From a virus (taxonomy: Duplodnaviria; Caudoviricetes), in the IMG/VR virus record IMGVR_UViG_3300035547_000480, positions 1 to 24,937 of that record: DNA of 24,937 nt; one strand, given 5' to 3'. Below are positions 17,802 to 24,937 of the stretch, in pieces. Under the pieces are notes generated by a model. It saw only the letters and a list, made by a program, of their open reading frames with translations. It had not been told where the DNA came from and did not search any database. Made by a program: the position numbers and the translations under genes. Each line of letters opens with the position of its first letter. Position 1 is the stretch's first letter.

Positions 17802-18678
17802 CATCATCCTCCCCACTGAAGAAAGCATCAAGCTCATCTATGTCTTCTTGAGAGACTTTTATCTCATAACCAAATTCATCAGGTGTTCTATTGAAAAGGC
17901 TTAGGGTTTCTGCAAATTTATCTTCATCTATGAGATTGTCTTCAAAGTTTCTAATGATGATCTCGATTTCATTAGGGGAAGTACCAATATTTTTAGTTGG
18001 CTGATTCAATTTAAGAAACTCGTCTTTATTAGTGGCCAGACCTGCTTTTCCGTATTCACCTTGAAGATCTCGTTCATCAATAGAGTATAATTCTGCATAC
18101 TGCTCTGATGAAATTGCACCTATCTCGTGCAGTCTTCTGACAAGTGAACGGTATGGGAGCCACCATGTGCAGTGGAGTCTAGCGATAAATCTCAACAGTG
18201 CTTTGTGTTGGATTTTCTCAAGAGAAGATGTCTTAAACTCATCAAGAACAATACTTTCCAGTACTGTTTCAGGTAACAAAAACTCTGCTGCAAAACGGTT
18301 AGCTTTTACTTCAATAAGGCTATTATCTTCATCTTCCGGTCTGCTCAGATGTGAGCCGGATTTCGTGTAATAGTGATATAGCTCATGAGCAATAGCAAAG
18401 ATTTGTTTATCGTAATAATCTGCAGTATTTAGCCCGATGAAAGTTAGTTTTTTATCGCCTTCTTCGGAATACATTATAGCAGCAGAAAAAGCTGGTCTAT
18501 CACCTTCAGATTCGATGGGATATTCCAGCAACATGATGTCTAGTCTATCAAGAATTGTAAAGATGTCATTTGCAATAGGTGTTTCGCCTACGAAGCCTAA
18601 AGAAAGGCGTTTTTCTCCGGCAAGTTTGCGAATTTCATCTACTTGTACTTCATTAAGCGTGATTGGATTCATTTTCAA
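17791..18678 (-). CDS. ImmA/IrrE family metallo-endopeptidase
   Basis: FAIAHELYH (HExxH) and EVKANRFAAEFLLP motifs; start TTG 18678 or ATG 18672. Confidence 0.9.
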   Translation of the reverse strand: MKMNPITLNEVQVDEIRKLAGEKRLSLGFVGETPIANDIFTILDRLDIMLLEYPIESEGDRPAFSAAIMYSEEGDKKLTFIGLNTADYYDKQIFAIAHELYHYYTKSGSHLSRPEDEDNSLIEVKANRFAAEFLLPETVLESIVLDEFKTSSLEKIQHKALLRFIARLHCTWWLPYRSLVRRLHEIGAISSEQYAELYSIDERDLQGEYGKAGLATNKDEFLKLNQPTKNIGTSPNEIEIIIRNFEDNLIDEDKFAETLSLFNRTPDEFGYEIKVSQEDIDELDAFFSGEDDDED

Positions 18679-19015
18679 ATGAGCTCCTTAATTTGATTTG
18701 CTGTCTTAGGGACAACATCATAGTGAATAGTTTTTCTACGCCTTCTTTTTCACTATCGCTTAATGCTTCACTTCGAAGAGCAACAAAAGAGTTCGTTCGT
18801 TCTTTCTCCACAAACATTTCTGTAAGATCAAAACCTAAAACATTTGATAAAGCTTCAAACTGTACAATAGATGGAGTGAAGTCTTCTCTTTCAATGCGGC
18901 CTATCATAATTCTGTTTATACCGGTTAAATTACCGAGTTCTTCTTTTGTAAATCCTTTTGATTCTCTAAGGTTTCTAACTGTTTCAGCTAATTTTTTAGT
19001 TGATAAAGTTTTCAT
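18653..19015 (-). CDS. XRE-family helix-turn-helix transcriptional regulator
   Basis: VRNLRESKGFTKEELGNLTGINRIMIGRIEREDFTPS HTH_3 pattern; GAAAGGAGG RBS. Confidence 0.9.
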   Translation of the reverse strand: MKTLSTKKLAETVRNLRESKGFTKEELGNLTGINRIMIGRIEREDFTPSIVQFEALSNVLGFDLTEMFVEKERTNSFVALRSEALSDSEKEGVEKLFTMMLSLRQQIKLRSSFENESNHA

Positions 19016-19033
19016 GGTTTGGGCCTCCTTTCA

Positions 19034-19090
19034 ATACTATAGTATGCCCGTATCTAATTATATGATACTATAAATAACAAAATGCGTCAA
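19034..19090 (-). promoter_or_regulatory. SigA-type promoter of the XRE operon with overlapping palindromic operators
   Basis: Minus strand TTGACG (19090-19085)-N17-TATCAT (19067-19062); palindromes GTATC-N9-GATAC (19050-19068) and ATACTATAGTAT (19034-19045). Confidence 0.7.
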
Positions 19091-19595
19091 TCTTTATTAA
19101 TATTGTACCCAATATGAAATAAATAATAACATAGGTTGTAAAAAAACTCAATCATGAAATATACAGTTTCATAAAACAATTATGCTTGATGGAGCAGCAT
19201 AGGCAAAGATCGCAATAAAGTTTCTAGCCTCGGAAATGTACCGAACTTAGATAAAGTATTGGCTAGATTTCAGCTTTTTCAGAGTGAAATGGCTAAATCG
19301 CGTTTGTGGCCAATTTGAGCCGGATTAGTCGATTGTGGAGCAATGGGTCAAAAATTAAATGAAAAGCCGACACAGGCCAAACTGAAGCGTCGTTTTTTGA
19401 GAGGTTGCTCTAAAATTTTCAGTTTTGGGCAGATTAAGCTTTTAAGTTCAAATAAAGGATCTTGTTTTGTCTACATATATAATAGGAAGAAACTCGTTCA
19501 GGTGAGAGATGCATTGTCATGATGAAATGAGATAGCTTTTTACATTATATGAAGAAAGTGCTTTCTCGGTGTATTAAGCGGGGAAGGCTGCAAAT

Positions 19596-19626
19596 AAAAA
19601 AGCTCCATCCACTTTTGGATAGAGCT
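19596..19626 (-). terminator. Intrinsic terminator of the candidate sRNA
   Basis: Plus strand AAAAAAGCTCCATCCA-cttt-TGGATAGAGCT = stem plus U6 on the minus strand. Confidence 0.7.
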
Positions 19627-19682
19627 ACGAACTTCTTTATATATTTAGAATCAATTGCTTACGTATGCCGTAATTCGAACTA
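19596..19682 (-). ncRNA. Candidate ~87-nt small RNA
   Basis: Lies between a perfect TTGACA-N17-TATAAT promoter and an intrinsic terminator (AGCTC-T-ATCCA-aaag-TGGAT-G-GAGC-U6); no ORF or RBS inside. Confidence 0.6.
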
Positions 19683-19692
19683 GTTCGAATTA
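19671..19692. promoter_or_regulatory. Perfect 22-bp palindrome TAATTCGAACTAGTTCGAATTA (candidate operator)
   Basis: Identical to its own reverse complement; overlaps the -10 and predicted start site of the minus-strand promoter. Confidence 0.7.
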
Positions 19693-19717
19693 TATAGGAG
19701 TTATCGTTCAATGTCAA
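19689..19717 (-). promoter_or_regulatory. Perfect consensus SigA promoter
   Basis: Minus strand TTGACA (19717-19712), 17-nt spacer, TATAAT (19694-19689). Confidence 0.8.
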
Positions 19718-19935
19718 GTATCAGAATATTCTGAAAACAAGGTAGTTGGTGCAAAGTTTTATCAAAAAGATTGATTTTTTTAAGCCTGGATTTTGTAATT
19801 GTTCCTGATTATCTCATTGATTTTAGATTGCATAACGAGACATTGTATATTGGTCTCAGATTATTTTAGATGAAGAAAGGTCTGCTCGGGTAATTTTAAA
19901 ACGCTCTGAGAGCGTATGTATGGATCAAAATTCTT

Positions 19936-19962
19936 GCTCATCATGTCGTGATGGGCTTTTTT
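19936..19962 (+). terminator. Plus-strand intrinsic terminator with no upstream CDS
   Basis: GCTCATCA-tgtcg-TGATGGGC then T6. Confidence 0.65.
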
Positions 19963-20067
19963 GCTGTTAAAAACATGAATATTACCGAGAAATGAGGCTA
20001 AAACCAACTTTTTTCTTGACATTTTTCTATGTATTGGATTTCCTTTTTATCCTTCGAGAATCAAGGC

Positions 20068-21264
20068 GTAATTTCCAGCATTGCTGAAGAAGAGTCCCGC
20101 ACAATAAGTGCTAATGTCAGCTGGGGGGTTCAGAAAAGATTCTCGCAAGGACAGCCTCATATTCCTACCACATACTTTTTAGGATATGACGAGGATGAAG
20201 AGGGGAATCTCATCATCAATGAAGATGAAGCTAAAACGGTGAGAAGGATCTTTCGAGAGTTTATCTCAGGAAAAGGGTCGGTCCAGATAGCTAACGGGTT
20301 GACGAAAGATAAAGTGAAAACAGCAAGGGATAATACAAAATGGACCAGTGATTCTGTTTTAAAAATACTTCGCAACGAAAAATTCTGCGGCCATGCATTA
20401 TGTCAGAAATCAGTGACCCTGGACCCTCTAACCCACAAACGGGTCAGAAATAAAAATCATAAGCCGCAGTACTTTATACGGAACAACCACCCCGCAATCA
20501 TCTCTGAAGAAGACTGGAATTATGTACAAAAGGAACTGGATAGAAGACGAAAAATGAAGCATGATCCTGACGGCAAATACCATAGAACCTATAGCGGAAA
20601 AGCACCATTTTCAAATATGCTTTACTGTGGAGAGTGTGGCATGCCGGTTCATAGAAGGCGCATAACATCAAAGCGAGATGGGAAGCCCTACAAGTTTACC
20701 GTTTGGCACTGCAGACTGGCGGCGCAAAAAGTAGAAGCTGACTTTGACTGCCATTCAAAGTATGTTTGGGAAGAGGTTATTGAAACAGCCTACAATGAAA
20801 TGCTTCTGAAAATGACTGAAGAAATTGATCTCATAAGAGCTGAGGGGGAAGCGGCCATTGAGGATGTGAGCTTAACATACGACGAAAAAGAAAGGCTCAA
20901 AGAACTTGAAGAAATCATCGATCGAATCAATGATCGCATAAGTGAAATGGCCATGAGGGAAAGTGTCACGAATGATCCCATCTATGATGCAACCCTTAGA
21001 AATATGATCTATGAATCACAAATCTACCAGCAGGAGCATGAAGCGCTTGTCAAAAGCCAGGACGAAGAAATCTACATGAGGCAGAACCTAGAAGCCCTGA
21101 TAACATATCTTGAAAGCCAAAGTAGCTTTGAAACCTTTGATGCAGCAGAATTTAAAAAGCTTGTCGAAAGAGGTATTCTCCACAAAGACTATGAGATTGA
21201 GTTTATCTTTAAATGCGGAGTCATAAGAACGGCTCAAGGCTGGAGACGTGGGAAGAACGAGTAG
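20068..21264 (+). pseudogene. 5'-truncated paralog of type B serine recombinase (catalytic domain missing)
   Basis: From VISSIAEEESRTISANVSWGVQKRFS onward it aligns closely with 11134-12831; no YxRVS or SRFARN motif; upstream ATG 20029 has no RBS and a non-homologous first ~13 codons. Confidence 0.8.
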
Positions 21265-21307
21265 TGGTGGACTTTATAGACCACTTTATAGATTTATCTA
21301 ATTAAAT

Positions 21308-21406
21308 AAAATACTCCTTTACCTTATGGAGATTGTACTTGCAATAGTTTGACACCAATGCAAACATACAAGCAAGCGCAATATTTCAGAGGAAAGGAGT
21401 TTTTTT
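21308..21406 (+). promoter_or_regulatory. RBS-sequestering hairpin upstream of double recombinase (copy 2)
   Basis: ACTCCTTT/AAAGGAGT, ATTGTACTTGC/GCAAGCGCAAT, GTTTG/CAAAC; homologous to 12879-12976. Confidence 0.65.
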
Positions 21407-21407
21407 A

Positions 21408-24400
21408 ATGGACCAAATAGATAAAAGTTTATGGATCAATAAATTATGGGATCCTTTAGAAAAGATAGAGGACAGTCCACTTCACAGTAAGCGAGAGGGA
21501 ATCAAGGTAGCTGCCTATTGTAGAGTGAGTCTTGATTCACTGGGGCTGTCCCACTCATTGGAAAGCCAGGTAAGCCACTACACCCATGTGATTAATAGTA
21601 GGGATAATTGGACCTTTGTAGGTATTTATTTCGACAATCTGGTTACCGGGAGAAAAGCATCATTAAGACGAGGCTTCACTCGGATGCTCAGACACTGTGA
21701 AGAGCACAGAATTGACCTAATCTTAGTCAAAAATGTATCCCGGTTTTCAAGAAACACGAAAGAGCTTATTGAAGTCATTGAACGATTAAAAGAAATAAAC
21801 GTAGCGGTATATTTTGAAGCGGAAAATATTACGAGCACTAGGAGTGAAACAGCCTATCTTCTAAAAACCTATGCCAGCATTGCTCAAGGGGAAATTGAGG
21901 CAACTTCCCAGGCGATAGAGTGGGGACATGAAAAACGAATGATGAAAGGCAAGGTTAATATCGGACACACATACGGCTATGATAAAACAAAAGTTGGTAA
22001 TGAGACCGTCATTACAATCAATGAAGAGCAAGCACAAGTTGTTAGACAGATTTATCAAATGCATCTTGATGGTATGAGTAATAATGCCATTGCAGGTGAA
22101 TTAACCATTAGAGGAGTCAGGACCTACTTTGGGAAGGAACTGTGGGGACCGAAGACGATAGCATCAATCTTATCAAACATTGCCTATACAGGAAACGCAA
22201 AGACCAGGAAACTTACAAGAGATTTGATGAGCAACAAAAGACGGTCATCAGAAGGGATACGGGATCAATATTTAATTGAGAACCACCATCCAGCGATTAT
22301 AAGTCAGGAAGTCTTTGACCGGGTACAAGAAGAGAGAAACAAGAACAAAAGGGAATCTAAACCTCAACAAATTAGACCCAATCCGTTATCAAGGCGGATT
22401 CACTGTGGCAACTGCGGTCAGAATTTTAGAAGAAATAGAATTAAACCATGGGAGTATTTCAGGTGCGTCTCGGCAATAACAAACAAAAACCTCTGCAGCT
22501 CACCGACTATACGGGAAGACCTCATGGTTGAAATAATGCTAAAAGCTTTTACAGTACGCTTTGATACTCAAGATCCAAAATTGATTAAAATGCTACAAAG
22601 AATGTTGATTAGGATAAACCAGAATGACTACTTTGAGTTCCATCGCCTAAAAGCCTTGACTCAGATGCAATTGGCTAAAAGGTTGAGAGATATTCAATTT
22701 ACAGATGAGGACATTAATCAGCTGGAAAAGGATTATGAGAAATTTGAGAACCGGCTTGTAGAAATAGAAGATGATAGGGATTATCGGCTCGGTTCCATAA
22801 AATGGCTTGAGAATGTTAAAACATTTGAAGAATTTGAAGGGAAAGCCACTATTGAATACTTACGGGCTTGGATTCTTTCTTTGGACATTTATTCAAAAGA
22901 TGATTATAAAATTTACTGGATCGATGGGAAAGAAACAGAGGTTGGAAGCTGCAAACCCATAAAACCAAACATAGAAGAGTCGTTATCAGAGTTGCATCCA
23001 AATGGGGATTTAGTGGTTCAAAAAGACACTAATTTTGAATTGATGACAAACATCCAAATCGCCTCGGAGAAAGGGGGTGATCAAAATTACGTTGATGAGG
23101 AGGACGGAAAGATGTTAGCAGAAAGAAGACTTGAACCGAATTTGATGGTTAAAAATATACAAAAACAATTGAGCAACTCTGTGATAATGCGGACGAGTGT
23201 ACCGGTAGTGAGAGATAAGAAATTAAAAGTGGCTGCATATGTCCGTGTTTCTACAGAACTGGAGCAGCAAAAAACAAGTATTAAGACCCAATACTCATAT
23301 TATCTGTACCTTATCCTCAAGGACCCACGCTACATTTTAGCCGATATCTATATAGATGATGGCAAAAGCGGAAGAACGACTGAAGGAAGGCCCGAGTTCA
23401 AACGCATGATGGAAGATTGCAAAACAGGTAGAGTGGACCTGATCATTACAAAATCGCTATCTCGATTTGCCAGAAATACTGTCGATACATTAACCTACTT
23501 AAACATGTTGAAAAGTCTGGATCCGCCAGTTGACGTTTGGTTCGAGCGCGAGAACTTAAGGGCGCTTGATGAAAAGAGCAATGTCCTGATCAATCTGTTA
23601 TCCGCACTGGGGCAGGAGGAAAGTGTCAACATCGGTGAATCCATTGCCTGGGGCAGAAGAAGCCTAGCCCAAAGAGGGGTTGTAAGACCGGCGGTTCAAG
23701 GCTACGGCTATCAATACGATAAAAATAAAGAGTGGATAATTAACGATGAAGAAGCTGAAGTTGTGCAGAGGATCTATGATGAGTATGAAAAAGGAAAGAC
23801 AATAAGGGCTATAAGAGATTTACTCATATCTGAATCAGTTCCAACTCCCGGAGGACAAGAAGCATGGTGCGACACCACCATTGGAAGGATATTGCGCTCT
23901 GAAATTTATCGGGGCAATTACATTTATCAGAGATTTCATTCGGGACTTACTCTGGCAAATGAACGGGTGAAGAATACAGGGGAGCTGCCCATGTATTTCA
24001 TTGAGAATCACCACAAAGCAATTATTGGAGAAGAGCAGTGGGAAAGGGTTCAAAAATTAACTGAAGCAAATGAAAAGAAACGTAAAAAGAGTCAAAAGAA
24101 ATATCCGGATGACCATGGTAAGAATGAATCTTTTACAAAGAAATTTTACTGCGGAAAATGTGGAAGTTTAGTCGGATATAGTAGAGCCATCAACAGACAG
24201 AAGAAAAATTATGAGGTGAGGTGGTGGTGCTGCTATCAATCATCGAGAGGGCACTGTGATTCCATGTACATGAAGCAGGAGTACGTTGAAGAAAACTTCT
24301 CTCAGCTTATGATGGACATAAAATTCAACCCTGCATTTAATGAGTACCTTGATGCCTTTATTGAAGACTTGCGAATAAAGCCAGAGGAAGAAAAGCAAAG

Positions 24401-24937
24401 AGCGATCTTAGAAAAGCAAAAAGACGATTTAAACCAGAAGCTTTATGAAGCGGTTGAAGATGAACTAGGCAGAAAAGGAAAAGATGCAAAACTGGTTGAT
24501 CATTTGACAGAAGAGATCATGAAGATAAGAGAGCAAATGGTTGATTTCATGGCCCGAGAAGAACAGCAGGCTGAGATAGAAGAGGATATCAACACCCTCA
24601 GAAAAGCGCTGGCCATTTATACCGATGAAAGAAGAGACGACCTTGGTTATTACTTAAATGCACCAGAGTTTCAACCTGAACTATTTGGCCGCTTTATTGA
24701 GAAAGGAACTATTCATGAAGACGGTCAGATTATCTATCGGTTCCATTCCGGTTTTGAGTGGAGAGCGTCAATAAACTACAGAGTCTTTCAAGAACAGGAG
24801 AAACGTAGAAAAAAAGCAAAATACCAATTAGAAAAGAAAGAGTTTTTAAAAGGGCCTGAGGTGAAGGCTTTACTAAAATATTGTGAAGAGCCAAGAAAGT
24901 TGACTGAGATGATTGATTTCTTGGGAAAATATTCTTC
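21408..24937 (+). CDS. Second double large serine recombinase (partial, runs off window; absent from ORF track for lack of a stop)
   Basis: MDQIDKSLWINKLWDPLE...KVAAYCRVSL...NVSRFSRN; second module KLKVAAYVRVST (~23220) ...SLSRFARN; ends PEVKALLKYCEEPRKLTEMIDFLGKYS; the same frame holds at start, linker and end. Confidence 0.9.
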   Translation, partial: MDQIDKSLWINKLWDPLEKIEDSPLHSKREGIKVAAYCRVSLDSLGLSHSLESQVSHYTHVINSRDNWTFVGIYFDNLVTGRKASLRRGFTRMLRHCEEHRIDLILVKNVSRFSRNTKELIEVIERLKEINVAVYFEAENITSTRSETAYLLKTYASIAQGEIEATSQAIEWGHEKRMMKGKVNIGHTYGYDKTKVGNETVITINEEQAQVVRQIYQMHLDGMSNNAIAGELTIRGVRTYFGKELWGPKTIASILSNIAYTGNAKTRKLTRDLMSNKRRSSEGIRDQYLIENHHPAIISQEVFDRVQEERNKNKRESKPQQIRPNPLSRRIHCGNCGQNFRRNRIKPWEYFRCVSAITNKNLCSSPTIREDLMVEIMLKAFTVRFDTQDPKLIKMLQRMLIRINQNDYFEFHRLKALTQMQLAKRLRDIQFTDEDINQLEKDYEKFENRLVEIEDDRDYRLGSIKWLENVKTFEEFEGKATIEYLRAWILSLDIYSKDDYKIYWIDGKETEVGSCKPIKPNIEESLSELHPNGDLVVQKDTNFELMTNIQIASEKGGDQNYVDEEDGKMLAERRLEPNLMVKNIQKQLSNSVIMRTSVPVVRDKKLKVAAYVRVSTELEQQKTSIKTQYSYYLYLILKDPRYILADIYIDDGKSGRTTEGRPEFKRMMEDCKTGRVDLIITKSLSRFARNTVDTLTYLNMLKSLDPPVDVWFERENLRALDEKSNVLINLLSALGQEESVNIGESIAWGRRSLAQRGVVRPAVQGYGYQYDKNKEWIINDEEAEVVQRIYDEYEKGKTIRAIRDLLISESVPTPGGQEAWCDTTIGRILRSEIYRGNYIYQRFHSGLTLANERVKNTGELPMYFIENHHKAIIGEEQWERVQKLTEANEKKRKKSQKKYPDDHGKNESFTKKFYCGKCGSLVGYSRAINRQKKNYEVRWWCCYQSSRGHCDSMYMKQEYVEENFSQLMMDIKFNPAFNEYLDAFIEDLRIKPEEEKQRAILEKQKDDLNQKLYEAVEDELGRKGKDAKLVDHLTEEIMKIREQMVDFMAREEQQAEIEEDINTLRKALAIYTDERRDDLGYYLNAPEFQPELFGRFIEKGTIHEDGQIIYRFHSGFEWRASINYRVFQEQEKRRKKAKYQLEKKEFLKGPEVKALLKYCEEPRKLTEMIDFLGKYS

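Noticed and set aside
17635-19073. Plus-strand ORFs opposite the XRE-IrrE-PIN operon
   Set aside because: Antisense shadows of well-supported minus-strand genes.
19676-19687. CGAAC-TA-GTTCG as a LexA (SOS) box
   Set aside because: The Firmicute LexA box is CGAAC-N4-GTTCG; the spacer here is 2 nt, so it is kept only as an unassigned palindrome.
20016-20045. TTGACA promoter upstream of truncated recB
   Set aside because: No acceptable -10 hexamer at 16-18 nt spacing.
20029-20067. ATG 20029 as a genuine start of a 411-aa recombinase
   Set aside because: No RBS and the first ~13 codons are non-homologous to recB; likely a fortuitous in-frame ATG.
20068-24937. Assembly artefact duplicating cassette 1
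   Set aside because: The copies differ by many synonymous and amino-acid substitutions, so they are true paralogs.

Overview
Low-GC Firmicute (Clostridia-like) prophage end. 1-9.3 kb holds a siphovirus head-tail/tail module (with a -1 frameshifted tail chaperone, tape measure, two tail-tip proteins and no obvious Dit gene) and a holin plus amidase endolysin. It is followed by an unusually large array of large serine recombinases (LSRs): recA-type (541 aa), recB-type (565 aa) and a 1282-aa protein made of two complete LSR modules plus a C-terminal winged-helix-like tail. Next come a minus-strand XRE-HTH / IrrE-ImmA metallopeptidase / PIN-like operon and a ~1 kb structured non-coding region containing a consensus-promoter-to-terminator sRNA candidate. 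A second, diverged recombinase cassette closes the window (5'-truncated recB copy and a second double-LSR that runs off the end). The most notable candidate system is the double-LSR gene. Both copies have an RBS-sequestering upstream hairpin that is conserved in structure, and both have a strong in-frame internal start in the linker. A TATATGAAGAAA-like motif recurs in the non-coding DNA flanking the cassettes and inside the sRNA candidate. All calls come from reading the sequence and recognising motifs by eye; no database searches or folding programs were run. recA/recB are my own labels for the two LSR types, not the homologous-recombination genes.
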